Of a stretch of DNA of 64,000 bases, positions 8,907 to 20,125 are shown piece after piece. The stretch's first letter is position 1. Every line of letters starts with the position of its first letter. Position numbers and translations under genes: made by a program. The DNA comes from Alphaproteobacteria bacterium (lineage in GTDB: Bacteria; Pseudomonadota; Alphaproteobacteria; Micropepsales; Micropepsaceae): assembly GCA_017308375.1 (NCBI GenBank), contig JAFKEW010000008.1, positions 2,665-66,664 of the forward strand, in the 5' to 3' direction. The notes under the pieces are model-generated. The model was given only the letters and a program-made list of their open reading frames with translations. It searched no databases and was not told where the DNA came from.

Positions 8907-10532
8907 ATGGCGCGATTGATCTTCATCACTGGCGGCGTGGTCTCCTCACTTGGGAAGGGTCTGGCCTCGGCCGCCCTCGGCGCGTTGCTTCAGGCGCGCG
9001 GCTATAAGGTGCGGCTGCGCAAGCTTGACCCCTATCTCAATGTCGACCCCGGAACGATGAGTCCGTTCCAGCATGGGGAGGTCTATGTCACCGATGACGG
9101 GGCCGAAACCGACCTCGATCTCGGGCATTACGAACGCTTCACCGGCGTCTCCTCCGCCCAGTCCGACAATGTGACCGCGGGGCGGATTTACCAGACCGTG
9201 ATTTCGCGGGAACGGCGCGGCGGCTATCTCGGCCGCACGGTGCAGGTCATCCCCCACGTCACCGATGCGATCAAGGAATTCGTCATGGCCGATACCGGCG
9301 ATGTCGATTTCCTGTTGTGCGAAATCGGCGGCACGGTGGGCGACATCGAAGGGTTGCCGTTTTTTGAGGCTATCCGCCAACTCGGCAACGAGCTGGGGCG
9401 GGATCGCACCTGTTTCGTCCATCTGACGCTGGTGCCCTATATCGAAACCGCGGGCGAACTGAAGACCAAGCCGACCCAGCATTCGGTGCGCGAGTTGCGC
9501 GCCATCGGCATTCAGCCCGATGTGCTGCTCTGCCGTTCGCATCACGCCATCCCGGAGGATGAGCGGCGCAAGATCGCACTGTTCTGCAATGTGCGCCCGG
9601 AATGCGTGATCCCGGCGCTCGACCTTTCCACCATTTATGAAGCGCCGTCGCATTACCACCATGCGGGTTTCGACACCCAGGTCCTGCGCGTGTTCGGGAT
9701 CGATGCCCCGCCGCCGGACCTCACCAGATGGGATTCGATTGTCAGCCATCTGAAAAATCCGGAAGGCGAGGTCAGGATCGCCGTCATTGGCAAATACATT
9801 CAGGTCAAGGATTCCTACAAATCACTGTCGGAGGCGCTGACGCACGGCGGCATCGCCAACAATGTCCGCGTGCACATGGACTGGATCGACAGCGAGATTT
9901 TCGATCGCGACGATGCCGCGGTCTATCTCGAAAATGTCCACGGTATCCTGGTGCCCGGCGGTTTTGGCGAGCGTGGCACCGAAGGCAAAATCCGTGCGGT
10001 GCAGTTCGCGCGGGAGCGCAAGGTGCCGTTCTTCGGCATCTGCTACGGCCTGCACATGGCGGTGATCGAGGCTGCGCGCAATCTCGCGGGGCTGGAAGGG
10101 GCGGGCACGACCGAAAACGGCAGCCCGCGCCATCCCGTGATCGCACTGATGACGGAATGGGCCAAGGGCAACCAGGTCGAAACCCGCGATGAGTCCGGCG
10201 ACATGGGCGGCACGATGCGGCTTGGCGCTTATCCCGCGGCGCTGACGCCGGGCAGCCATGTGGCAGAGGTTTATGGCACCACCGAAATCAGCGAGCGTCA
10301 CCGCCACCGCTACGAGGTGAATGTCGGCTACACCCGCCAGTTGGCGGAGCATGGGTTGGTGGTATCGGGCTGGTCGCCGGATGGCCGCCTGCCGGAGATT
10401 ATGGAGATCGCCGATCATCCCTGGTTCATCGGGGTTCAGTTCCATCCCGAACTGAAATCGCGCCCCTTCGCACCGCACCCGCTGTTCACCTCTTTCGTCG
10501 CGGCGGCGGTGCAGCAGTCTCGCCTGGTCTGA
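8907..10532 (+). CDS. pyrG: CTP synthase
   Basis: [18 protein letters not shown] start, GICYGLHM GATase nucleophile region, and FIGVQFHPE. The start was moved from 8874 to the ATG at 8907. Confidence 0.95.
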   Translation: MARLIFITGGVVSSLGKGLASAALGALLQARGYKVRLRKLDPYLNVDPGTMSPFQHGEVYVTDDGAETDLDLGHYERFTGVSSAQSDNVTAGRIYQTVISRERRGGYLGRTVQVIPHVTDAIKEFVMADTGDVDFLLCEIGGTVGDIEGLPFFEAIRQLGNELGRDRTCFVHLTLVPYIETAGELKTKPTQHSVRELRAIGIQPDVLLCRSHHAIPEDERRKIALFCNVRPECVIPALDLSTIYEAPSHYHHAGFDTQVLRVFGIDAPPPDLTRWDSIVSHLKNPEGEVRIAVIGKYIQVKDSYKSLSEALTHGGIANNVRVHMDWIDSEIFDRDDAAVYLENVHGILVPGGFGERGTEGKIRAVQFARERKVPFFGICYGLHMAVIEAARNLAGLEGAGTTENGSPRHPVIALMTEWAKGNQVETRDESGDMGGTMRLGAYPAALTPGSHVAEVYGTTEISERHRHRYEVNVGYTRQLAEHGLVVSGWSPDGRLPEIMEIADHPWFIGVQFHPELKSRPFAPHPLFTSFVAAAVQQSRLV

Positions 10533-10544
10533 GTGAATTGCGCG

Positions 10545-11771
10545 TTATGCCGGGGCGGCGGCCGGTATTCTGGGGCCCCCGCCTCCGCGCAACAGCCACA
10601 GGCCCAGCAGGCAAAGCGGCAGTGCGGCCAGCATCATCGTATAGGCGGCCGGGTAGCTGCCGAGGTAATCGCGCGCGAACCCGGCACCGGCCGATCCCAA
10701 CGTCCCCAACGTAACGAAGGGCGTGATCAGCCCGTTGGCGCGGGCGAAATTGTCCGTGCCGAATCCTTTGGCCAGCATGGCCGCCACCAGCGGCATCAGG
10801 CCGCCGATCGCAAAGCCCATGACCGGCAGGTCGAGCAGCAGCACCATATAGTTGTCGGCGCGGGCCGCGACGGTGCAGGTCAGCGCCACCACCGCAACCG
10901 TACCGATCAAAAGCGGCAGATGCGCCACCCGGTCGGAGAGTGCGCCGAACACCAGCACACCCGGCAGCGAGATCAGGCCGGTCACGGTGATGATCGTCGC
11001 CGTATAGGCGGCACCGTTGCCCATGTCGGCCAGGCTGAAGCCCAGATTGAAATAAATCGCGTTGAACAGAAAATTCAGCGGCAGCACCGCGAACAACAGG
11101 CCCCAGAACACCCGGTTGCGCAGAATACCGCCCGCGTTCATGGTCGGTTGCAGCATTGCAACGTCGTCATTGGCGCTTTTTGCGATGGGCATTTCGCGGA
11201 CCGCCAGCACAATCAACGGCACCAGCAGTAACACCAGAACCCCCATCTGGATTTCCACCGTCCGCCAGTCATAGCGGACCAGCAAAAGCCCGATCAGCGG
11301 CGGCAGGGTGAAGGAGCACATCGGTGCGCCTGCCGTCACGACGCCGATGGCAAGGCCGCGGTTCTCCTGAAACAGGCGCACGGCAAGAACCTGCGTGATC
11401 AACGGTCCGCACAGCACGATGCCGGCCGCCAGCAACAGGGCATGGATCAGCGTGACCTGCCACATCGCGCTCGCGACGGAGATCAGGAACAGCGCCAGCG
11501 CGGTGAGAAGCACGCCCAGCAGCATCAGCGTCCGCACCCGGAACCGCCCCACCGCATAACCCGCGATCGGCGCCAGCACGCCCATGCCGATCTGGTTTAG
11601 TGTATTCGCGGTCATGACTTCGCCATGTCCGCTGCCGAAAGCGGTGATCCATTGCGGCGCCCACAGGTTGAAGGCCGGCAGGACAATGCCCCATATCACC
11701 GTCGTGGTCGCGAGCGCGGCCACGATGACGACCCATCTCCTGAGCGTGCTCATCCGATTGCTCCCTGACAC
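10545..11771 (-). CDS. MFS transporter
   Basis: 408 aa with about 12 hydrophobic segments and a short basic loop after TM2 (GYAVGRFRVRT). Substrate unknown. Confidence 0.8.
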   Translation of the reverse strand: MSGSNRMSTLRRWVVIVAALATTTVIWGIVLPAFNLWAPQWITAFGSGHGEVMTANTLNQIGMGVLAPIAGYAVGRFRVRTLMLLGVLLTALALFLISVASAMWQVTLIHALLLAAGIVLCGPLITQVLAVRLFQENRGLAIGVVTAGAPMCSFTLPPLIGLLLVRYDWRTVEIQMGVLVLLLVPLIVLAVREMPIAKSANDDVAMLQPTMNAGGILRNRVFWGLLFAVLPLNFLFNAIYFNLGFSLADMGNGAAYTATIITVTGLISLPGVLVFGALSDRVAHLPLLIGTVAVVALTCTVAARADNYMVLLLDLPVMGFAIGGLMPLVAAMLAKGFGTDNFARANGLITPFVTLGTLGSAGAGFARDYLGSYPAAYTMMLAALPLCLLGLWLLRGGGGPRIPAAAPA

Positions 11772-11904
11772 TTGTTTTTATGGTATTATTTTAGAAATCT
11801 GACCCGATGCGGGCTTGCTGGCAAGCGTATCCGGGGCGTGCAAGCTGTGCTTACCTGTGTGTCGGCCTTGTGTGTCAGCGCGGGCCGTTCGGTGACATTT
11901 TGTC

Positions 11905-11931
11905 GGGCGTTATGGAATCAGGCGTTATGGA
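11905..11931. repeat. direct tandem repeat GGCGTTATGGAA-N3-GGCGTTATGGAA inside a ~480-bp non-coding gap
   Basis: Read directly: ggcgttatggaa tca ggcgttatggaa. Confidence 0.7.
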
Positions 11932-12212
11932 ACTGTGCGCTGGGGTGTGCACGTATTTCGTGCGTGTGCCCGGGAAATGAGCACTACCGTAAGGCGGTTG
12001 CATCAATGTCAAATTTTTGTCGATTTTCCCGCACACAGTCTTATTCGCGCGGGTCAGTCTTTCTGGCAGCGTTGTGCCAAAGATGTTTGACGGTGAGCGC
12101 AAATACTGCTACTTATTGTATCGTATAGCGACCATATCGCAATCCGTGCCCGGTCCGTCTCGGGTTTCGGCGGTCTGGTTGCTGATTTGTCATGGAAATA
12201 GATGCCTGGCCG

Positions 12213-12234
12213 TATAATGCAGGAAATGATTTCC
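12213..12234 (+). promoter_or_regulatory. TATAAT hexamer followed by palindrome GGAAA-TGA-TTTCC upstream of the MarR gene (candidate -10 element plus autoregulatory operator)
   Basis: cgTATAATgcaGGAAATGATTTCCtcc lies about 35 nt upstream of the ATG at 12269. No well-spaced -35 element was found. Confidence 0.35.
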
Positions 12235-12268
12235 TCCATCGGCCGGCTCCTTGCCTGAGGAGTGTGGA

Positions 12269-12718
12269 ATGGCCGCGAGTTCGAAAAACCAGAAGAAAAA
12301 ACGTGGTGCCGTTGCACTGAGCCAGCGGGAATATGAATCGCTGGCGGAGTTCCGCTATGCCCTGCGCCAGTTTCTGGCCTTCAGCAAGAATGCTGCTGCG
12401 CGCGTCGGGCTCGCCCCGCAACAGCATCAGGCGCTGCTTGTCATCAAGGGGTTCCGCGGCGACGGCCCGCCAACCATCGGCGATCTCGCGAAGCGGATGG
12501 CGGTCCGCCATCACAGCGCGGTCGGGCTGGTGGACCGGCTTGTGGCGGCCGGCCTTGCCGTGCGCGTGAGCGATACTGCGGACAAGCGCCGCGTTTCGCT
12601 CAAACTGACCAGGAAAGCGGAAAACGCCCTGGCGCAGTTGAGCGCCGCGAACCATAGCGAGTTGAAGCGGCTTTCCCCGCTGATCCGCCCGCTTCTGGCG
12701 CAGATCGAAAGCGACTGA
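12269..12718 (+). CDS. MarR family transcriptional regulator
   Basis: Winged-HTH pattern: QQHQALLVIKG...TIGDLAKRMAVRHHSAVGLVDRLVAAGLAVR...DKRRVSLKLT. ATG at 12269 follows GAGGAG. Confidence 0.8.
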   Translation: MAASSKNQKKKRGAVALSQREYESLAEFRYALRQFLAFSKNAAARVGLAPQQHQALLVIKGFRGDGPPTIGDLAKRMAVRHHSAVGLVDRLVAAGLAVRVSDTADKRRVSLKLTRKAENALAQLSAANHSELKRLSPLIRPLLAQIESD

Positions 12719-12846
12719 ATCAGCGCAGGTCTGTCTGCGTCCGCGCCCATGCCGCGCGATCTGGCCTGTATCTGATTGCGCGGGCCTGATCGTTCGCTGG
12801 CCGGTGGGGGCGTTTTCAACCGGCCGCGGTTGGGGTAGGTACGCGC

Positions 12847-13648
12847 ATGGACATGCCCCCCAATCCGGCCGTCCGTGCCGGCACGACCGAATTCGGCAAT
12901 GACAGACCGCTGGCGATCATTGCCGGGCCCTGTCAGCTTGAAAGCCGGGCGCACGCGCTCGAAATGGCATCGGCGCTGAAGGAAATCGCAGCAAAGGCCG
13001 GCGTCGGGTTGGTCTACAAGACCAGTTTCGACAAGGCCAACCGCACCAGCCTTTCCGGCGTGCGCGGGCTGGGGCTGGAACAATCGCTGCCGGTCTTTGC
13101 CGAAATCCGCGAAAGCCTCGGCCTGCCGGTGCTGACCGACATCCATGAGCGCGAGCAATGCGCCCTTGTCGCGCCCGTCGTCGATATTCTGCAGATACCC
13201 GCCTTTCTCTGCCGCCAGACCGATTTGCTGGTGGCCGCCGCGCAAACCGGCAAGGTGGTCAATGTGAAGAAGGGTCAGTTCCTTGCCCCGTGGGACATGA
13301 AGAATGTCATCGCCAAGGTGACAAGCGCGGGCAATCCGAATGTTCTGGTCACCGAACGCGGCGCCAGCTTCGGCTACAACACGCTGGTGGTCGACATCAC
13401 CGGCCTGCCGGAAATGGCGAAGTTCGGTGCCCCGGTGGTGATCGATGCGACGCAGCAACCGGGAGATGGCACCCTATATCGCGCGCGCCGCCGTCGCTGC
13501 GGGTGTGGCGGGCGTGTTCATGGAAACCCATCAGGACCCGGATAATGCGCCGTCCGATGGCCCGAACATGCTTCATCTGAAGGATGTCCCGGCACTTCTC
13601 GCCGACCTTGTTGCAATCGACCGGATCGTGAAGCGGCGGCCTGTCTGA
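12847..13648 (+). pseudogene. kdsA: 3-deoxy-8-phosphooctulonate synthase (KDO8P synthase), interrupted by an internal deletion plus +1 frameshift near 13450-13470
   Basis: ORF 12847-13545 carries a KdsA N-terminal and central part (IIAGPCQLES, VYKTSFDKANRTS, ILQIPAFLCRQTDLL, NVKKGQFLAPWDM, VTERGASFGYN) up to VVIDAT. ORF 13445-13648, in the next frame, carries [37 protein letters not shown]. The conserved His-Ser-Val...Gly-rich loop between them is missing. Confidence 0.8.
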
Positions 13649-13650
13649 AC

Positions 13651-14079
13651 TTAGGCCGCGTTCACCGCCATCCATGTCGCGACAAGGCCGTAGATCGCCA
13701 GCAACAGCAACAGAATCTGGCACGCGGCCGCGATGCCGAAACCGAGTTCGCGTTTCTCGGGCGCATCCATATAACCCCGCATGTAGAGTGCGCGGCCAAT
13801 CACCCATGCCAGCCCGATCAACGCCGGCAGCCAGGCCAGCGCATGAAAATAGATCGTCGCCAGCCACAGCAGCGCGAAAAAGATGGGTAAGGATTCGAGC
13901 GTGTTCTGCTGCACGCGGAAGGCGCGTTCGAACTCCGGGTGGCCGGATATGGCGGGCGCCTTGATGTCATGGCGGCCGCGCATCTGGCCCACCTTGATGC
14001 CCATGTAGAAATAAAGGATCACGGCAAGGATCGTGACGGCGGCCGAAAGAAGCCCGCCCAATGTGGCAAAGACCGGCAT
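13651..14079 (-). CDS. MAPEG family membrane protein (glutathione-transferase-like)
   Basis: 142 aa from the ATG at 14079, with four hydrophobic helices. FERAFRVQQNTLESLPIF is typical of the MAPEG family. The upstream 45 codons of the tracked ORF look non-coding. Confidence 0.75.
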   Translation of the reverse strand: MPVFATLGGLLSAAVTILAVILYFYMGIKVGQMRGRHDIKAPAISGHPEFERAFRVQQNTLESLPIFFALLWLATIYFHALAWLPALIGLAWVIGRALYMRGYMDAPEKRELGFGIAAACQILLLLLAIYGLVATWMAVNAA

Positions 14080-14201
14080 AATGTTTCCCCTCTGTCCGCC
14101 TGAATCCGGCGGTGCGCGTTTATACCATTGCCGCGCCTCCGGCGGCAGCGGTTTGCCGTGTGGCCGGGTTCCGGCTTGAAGGCGGCCGCGCCATCGCCTA
14201 G

Positions 14202-15515
<1,314 letters not shown>

Positions 15516-15563
15516 CCACCTGTCATCTTGACGGGGACTGCCCGGCGTGATTCGTTGTGCGCC

Positions 15564-15809
15564 ATGCGAATCCGGCGAAGTGTAACGCGGTTTTTTGGCG
15601 GTTTGATCATTCCGGCGATCACCGACACGCGCCTGGCGATGCGCAAGGAACTTCTCACCGATCTGCGTGACCAGCGGCAACGGCTGCAGCACCGTATCTC
15701 GTTGCTGGAACCGGGCTCCGTCGATCCCGATCTTGTTCAGGAACTCGCGCGCGGGCAATTGATGGATGGCGGGCCGGGACAGGTCGCCGTTCCGCGCAAC
15801 ACGCACTAA
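15564..15809 (+). CDS. FtsB/DivIC-like septum formation initiator family protein (short, weak membrane anchor)
   Basis: It has the conserved eno-pdhA position of alphaproteobacterial ftsB. A coiled-coil segment LTDLRDQRQRLQHRISLLE is followed by VDPDLVQELARGQL. The N-terminal hydrophobic stretch is only about 10 residues (FFGGLIIPAI). Confidence 0.55.
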   Translation: MRIRRSVTRFFGGLIIPAITDTRLAMRKELLTDLRDQRQRLQHRISLLEPGSVDPDLVQELARGQLMDGGPGQVAVPRNTH

Positions 15810-15926
15810 ATCGTATAGAGGGGCGCGCGCGGACTGTTGGCCGGTTGGGCTGACAATGACAAGGCGTCATACTTGCCAAATGCGCGCGCGCTTGCGAGAA
15901 CCGGAAGGCAACCGGCGAGAACGGAT

Positions 15927-16931
15927 ATGGCTGAGGCAGCACAGAAAATTGACGGGAACACAACGCTGGATCCAGCCGGATCCGAAGAGTTGAAGACCTT
16001 CTATTCCGACATGCTGCTGATCCGCCGGTTCGAGGAAAAAGCGGGCCAGCTTTACGGCATGGGGCTGATCGGCGGTTTCTGCCATCTCTACATCGGGCAG
16101 GAGGCGGTCGTGGTCGGCATGCAGGCGGATGCCGGGCCGAACGATGCCGTCATCACCGCCTATCGCGATCATGGCCATATGCTCGCCTGTGGCATGGACC
16201 CCAAGGGGGTCATGGCGGAATTGACCGGCCGCGCCGCCGGTTATTCCAAGGGCAAGGGCGGCTCCATGCACATGTTCTCGAAAGAGAAGCGTTTCTACGG
16301 CGGCCACGGCATTGTCGGGGCACAGGTTCCGCTTGGTACCGGGCTTGCGTTTGCCAGCCGCTATCGCGGCGACGGCGGGATTTGCTTCACCTATTTCGGC
16401 GACGGCGCCGCCAATCAGGGTCAGGTGTACGAGGCCTTCAACATGGCGGAGCTTTGGAAGCTGCCGGTCGTCTACATCATCGAGAACAATCAATATGCGA
16501 TGGGCACCAGCGTCGAACGCTCCAGCGCGGTGCGTGATCTCTATAGGCGCGGCGCCTCGTTCAACATTCCGGGCGAGGAAGTTGACGGGATGGACGTGCT
16601 GGCCGTGCGCGATGCCGGGCGCAAGGCAGCGGAATGGTGCCGGGCCGGCAAGGGGCCGATCATTCTGGAAATGAAGACCTACCGCTATCGCGGCCACTCG
16701 ATGTCGGACCCCGCGAAATATCGAACGCGGGAAGAGGTTCAGACCGTGCGCGAAAAGCGCGACCCGATTGAGCATCTTGGTCAGCGCATGATCGCCGCCG
16801 GTATTGCCAGCGAAGAAGATTTGAAGGCAATCGACAAGAAAACCCGCCAGATTGTGAATACCGCGGCGGAATTCGCCACCGAAAGTCCGGAGCCCAGCCC
16901 GGATGAGCTGTACACGGACGTTTACGCCTGA
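15927..16931 (+). CDS. pdhA: pyruvate dehydrogenase E1 component subunit alpha
   Basis: [31 protein letters not shown], a ThDP motif region GDGAANQG, and [11 protein letters not shown]. The start was moved to the ATG at 15927. Confidence 0.93.
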   Translation: MAEAAQKIDGNTTLDPAGSEELKTFYSDMLLIRRFEEKAGQLYGMGLIGGFCHLYIGQEAVVVGMQADAGPNDAVITAYRDHGHMLACGMDPKGVMAELTGRAAGYSKGKGGSMHMFSKEKRFYGGHGIVGAQVPLGTGLAFASRYRGDGGICFTYFGDGAANQGQVYEAFNMAELWKLPVVYIIENNQYAMGTSVERSSAVRDLYRRGASFNIPGEEVDGMDVLAVRDAGRKAAEWCRAGKGPIILEMKTYRYRGHSMSDPAKYRTREEVQTVREKRDPIEHLGQRMIAAGIASEEDLKAIDKKTRQIVNTAAEFATESPEPSPDELYTDVYA

Positions 16932-17164
16932 TGGCCACCGATATTCTTATGCCCGCCCTCTCACCCACCATGGAAGAGGGCAAACTCGCAAAATGGCTCG
17001 TCAAGGAAGGCGATGAGGTTCACTCCGGCGACATCCTCGCGGAGATCGAAACCGACAAGGCCACCATGGAATTCGAGGCGGTGGACGAGGGCCGTATCGG
17101 AAAACTGCTGGTGGCCGAAGGTGCTGAGGGCGTGAAGGTCAATCAGCCCATCGCTACTTTGTTG
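16931..17164 (+). repeat. lipoyl-domain coding repeat, copy 1 (pairs with 18731-18964, exactly 1800 bp downstream)
   Basis: The two copies share a 50-nt identical run (17039-17088 = 18839-18888) and two 23-nt identical runs (17012-17034, 17132-17154). Confidence 0.85.
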
Positions 17165-18325
17165 CAGGATGGTGAGAGTGCGGATGCGAAACCCGCCGCT
17201 GCGCCAGCCTCGGCGAAAGAGCCGAAACCGCAAAACGAATCTGCTGGCGGGGCCACAGCCAAGCCAGAGAAGACTGCGCCCAAGCCACAGGCGCCATCTG
17301 CCGAAACCCTTGCCGATCCGGAAATTCCCCAAGGCACCGAAATGGTCACCATGACGGTACGCGAAGCCTTGCGCGATGCGATGGCCGAGGAAATGCGCCG
17401 CGACGAAAGCGTGTTCCTGATGGGCGAGGAGGTGGCGCAATACCAGGGCGCCTACAAGGTCAGCCAGGGTTTGCTGGAAGAATTCAGCGACCGCCGCGTG
17501 ATCGATACGCCGATCACCGAACATGGCTTCACCGGGCTTGGCGTCGGCGCGGGCTTTGCCGGGTTGAGGCCGATTGTCGAATTCATGACCTGGAATTTCG
17601 CCATGCAGGCGATCGACCAGATCATCAATTCCGCCGCCAAAACGCGTTACATGTCCGGCGGGCAGATGGATTGCGCCATCGTCTTCCGCGGCCCCAATGG
17701 CGCGGCCGCGCGCGTCGCCGCCCAGCACAGCCAGGATTATTCGTCGTGGTATGCGCACATTCCGGGCGTGAAGGTGATCTCGCCTTATTTCGCGGCCGAT
17801 GCGAAGGGGCTTTTGAAAGCCGCGATCCGCGATCCCAATCCGGTGATCTTCCTTGAGAATGAAATTCTCTATGGCCGCTCGTTTCCGGTGCCGAAGCTCG
17901 ATGATTTCGTGCTTCCTATAGGCAAGGCGCGTGTGGTGCGCGAAGGCCGCCATGTCACGCTGGTCTCGCATTCAATCGGCATGCACCTGATCCTGGAAGC
18001 GGCGGATGTTCTGGCGCAGGAGGGGATTGAGGCGGAATTGATCGACCTGCGCACGCTGCGCCCGCTCGATACCGAAACCGTGCTGGATTCGGTGCGGAAG
18101 ACCAACCGCATCGTCACGGTGGAGCAGGGCTGGCCTGTCTGCTCCATCGGCTCGGAAATCTGCTCGGTGGTGGCGAATGCGGCGTTCGATTATCTCGATG
18201 CACCGCCGACCAAGGTGAACGGTGCCGACGTCCCGATGCCTTATGCCGCCAATCTTGAAAAGCTCGCGCTGCCCACGGTGAACGATGTGGTCGCAGCCGC
18301 CAAGGCCGTCTGCTATCGGGAATGA
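16931..18325 (+). CDS. pdhB: pyruvate dehydrogenase E1 component subunit beta with N-terminal lipoyl domain
   Basis: N-terminal lipoyl domain ([13 protein letters not shown]), an Ala/Pro-rich linker, then a transketolase-like E1-beta ([24 protein letters not shown]). Confidence 0.95.
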   Translation: MATDILMPALSPTMEEGKLAKWLVKEGDEVHSGDILAEIETDKATMEFEAVDEGRIGKLLVAEGAEGVKVNQPIATLLQDGESADAKPAAAPASAKEPKPQNESAGGATAKPEKTAPKPQAPSAETLADPEIPQGTEMVTMTVREALRDAMAEEMRRDESVFLMGEEVAQYQGAYKVSQGLLEEFSDRRVIDTPITEHGFTGLGVGAGFAGLRPIVEFMTWNFAMQAIDQIINSAAKTRYMSGGQMDCAIVFRGPNGAAARVAAQHSQDYSSWYAHIPGVKVISPYFAADAKGLLKAAIRDPNPVIFLENEILYGRSFPVPKLDDFVLPIGKARVVREGRHVTLVSHSIGMHLILEAADVLAQEGIEAELIDLRTLRPLDTETVLDSVRKTNRIVTVEQGWPVCSIGSEICSVVANAAFDYLDAPPTKVNGADVPMPYAANLEKLALPTVNDVVAAAKAVCYRE

Positions 18326-18329
18326 TACG

Positions 18330-18734
18330 ATGGCGGTACAGGCGGTGAAGTGGAGGACGGGCGGCTGCCACTGCGGCGCGGTGCGGTTCGAGGTTGCGGC
18401 GCCGGATGAAATTGAGCTGATCGATTGCAATTGCTCGATCTGCAGCAAGACCGGCTATCTGCACCTGATCGTACCGAAAGCGAATTTCCGCCTGCTCAAA
18501 GGGCAGGACAAACTCACCGCTTACACGTTCAACACCGGTGCCGCGAAGCATCTGTTCTGTTCGGTTTGCGGCATCAAATCTTTCTACGTTCCGCGCTCCC
18601 ATCCGGATGGTTATTCGGTCAACTTCCGTTGCCTTGATGCTGCCGATTTTGCCTCCATCATCACGACGGAATTCGACGGAAAATATTGGGAAGCCAATGC
18701 GGGATCGTTGGCGCCACTGGAGGGCGAGCCATGA
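18330..18734 (+). CDS. GFA family protein (CENP-V / glutathione-dependent formaldehyde-activating enzyme fold, Zn-Cys)
   Basis: [10 protein letters not shown]...CNCSIC...LFCSVCG is the typical GFA cysteine pattern. It lies between pdhB and pdhC, and its stop overlaps the pdhC start (ATGA at 18731-18734). Confidence 0.8.
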   Translation: MAVQAVKWRTGGCHCGAVRFEVAAPDEIELIDCNCSICSKTGYLHLIVPKANFRLLKGQDKLTAYTFNTGAAKHLFCSVCGIKSFYVPRSHPDGYSVNFRCLDAADFASIITTEFDGKYWEANAGSLAPLEGEP

Positions 18735-18964
18735 CGACCAACATTCTCATGCCGGCCCTTTCGCCCACGATGGAGGAGGGCACACTCACCAAATGGCTGG
18801 TGAAGGAGGGTGATGAGGTTCACTCCGGCGACATTCTTGCGGAGATCGAAACCGACAAGGCCACCATGGAATTCGAGGCGGTGGACGAAGGCCGCATCGG
18901 GAAAATCCTGGTGCCGGAGGGGACGGAGGGTGTGAAGGTCAATCAGCCCATCGCCGTTCTGCTC
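18731..18964 (+). repeat. lipoyl-domain coding repeat, copy 2
   Basis: See copy 1 at 16931-17164. This is a direct repeat in the same operon. Confidence 0.85.
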
Positions 18965-20092
18965 GCCGAGGGGGAGGAGGCCGGCGCCGCCCCCGATATC
19001 GAAGCGGCGATGGCATCGATCAAAACCGCAGTCGATGAAGAAGCCAAAACGCCTGCAAAGCAACCCACCGGCTCGCCGCAGAAGGAGGTGCCAGATGCGC
19101 GTGGCGAATCTGGTGGGGGGGTAAAACCCGATAAGGCGCCACCGGAAACGGGTGGCGACGGCCAGCGCGTTTTCGCATCGCCGCTGGCCCGGCGCATCGC
19201 GGCGCAGAAGGGCATCGATCTCTCATCCCTTTCCGGGTCCGGTCCGCGTGGCCGCATCGTGAAAGCGGATGTGGAAGGCGCCAGGGTTTCTGCTACTCCC
19301 GCACAACCACGCGCCGCCGCTGCACCCTCTCCGGCGCCTGCGGGCACAAGCCTTGCCGGCATTGCACCGCTGCCGGATGCGCGCGCTTATTTCAAGCCGG
19401 ACGATTACGAGGAAATTCCGCACGACTCGATGCGCAAGGCGATTGCGCGCCGCCTGACATCGGCAAAAACGCTGATGCCGCATTTCTATCTGACCGTCGA
19501 TTGCCAGATCGATGAATTGCTGGCCGCGCGTGCGCGTTTGAATGCCGCCTCCCCGAAGGAAGGCGGTTACAAATTGTCGGTCAATGATTTTGTGGTGAAG
19601 GCGGCGGCCGGTGCGCTGATCCGCGTGCCGGAAGTCAACGCGAGCTGGACCGACAACGCCATCCTGCGTCACCGCCATGCCGATATTGGTGTTGCCGTCG
19701 CGCTCGACTTCGGTCTGATCACCCCCATCGTTTTTCATGCGGAGGAGAAGGGCCTTGCCGCCATCTCGGCAGAGGTGAAAGCGCTGGCCGAACGGGCGCG
19801 CACGAAGAAGCTGAAACCGGCGGAGTTTGAGGGCGGCAGTTTTGCAATCTCCAATCTCGGCATGTACGGCATCCGCGATTTTACGGCGGTGATCAATCCA
19901 CCCCACGCCGCCATTCTCGCAGTCGGTGCGGGCGAGCAGCGCGCGGTGGTGCGCAACGGCAAGGTTGAAATCGCCACCGTGATGACTGTCACGATGTCCT
20001 GCGACCATCGCGTGATCGACGGTGCAACGGGCGCGCGCTTCCTTCAGGCGTTCAAACTCTTTGTCGAAGATCCGGCGGCCCTGCTGCTCTGA
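18731..20092 (+). CDS. pdhC: pyruvate dehydrogenase E2, dihydrolipoyllysine-residue acetyltransferase
   Basis: Lipoyl domain, E3-binding domain ([34 protein letters not shown]) and catalytic domain with the [10 protein letters not shown] motif. The start was moved to the ATG at 18731. Confidence 0.95.
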   Translation: MTTNILMPALSPTMEEGTLTKWLVKEGDEVHSGDILAEIETDKATMEFEAVDEGRIGKILVPEGTEGVKVNQPIAVLLAEGEEAGAAPDIEAAMASIKTAVDEEAKTPAKQPTGSPQKEVPDARGESGGGVKPDKAPPETGGDGQRVFASPLARRIAAQKGIDLSSLSGSGPRGRIVKADVEGARVSATPAQPRAAAAPSPAPAGTSLAGIAPLPDARAYFKPDDYEEIPHDSMRKAIARRLTSAKTLMPHFYLTVDCQIDELLAARARLNAASPKEGGYKLSVNDFVVKAAAGALIRVPEVNASWTDNAILRHRHADIGVAVALDFGLITPIVFHAEEKGLAAISAEVKALAERARTKKLKPAEFEGGSFAISNLGMYGIRDFTAVINPPHAAILAVGAGEQRAVVRNGKVEIATVMTVTMSCDHRVIDGATGARFLQAFKLFVEDPAALLL

Positions 20093-20125
20093 TCCTTTCG
20101 CGCCTCATATTTCAGGACGAATTCC

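Noticed and set aside
11785-11800. TTTAGAA half-site resembling an Irr iron-control element next to the MFS gene start.
   Set aside because: Only one half of the TTTAGAA-N3-TTCTAAA dyad is present.
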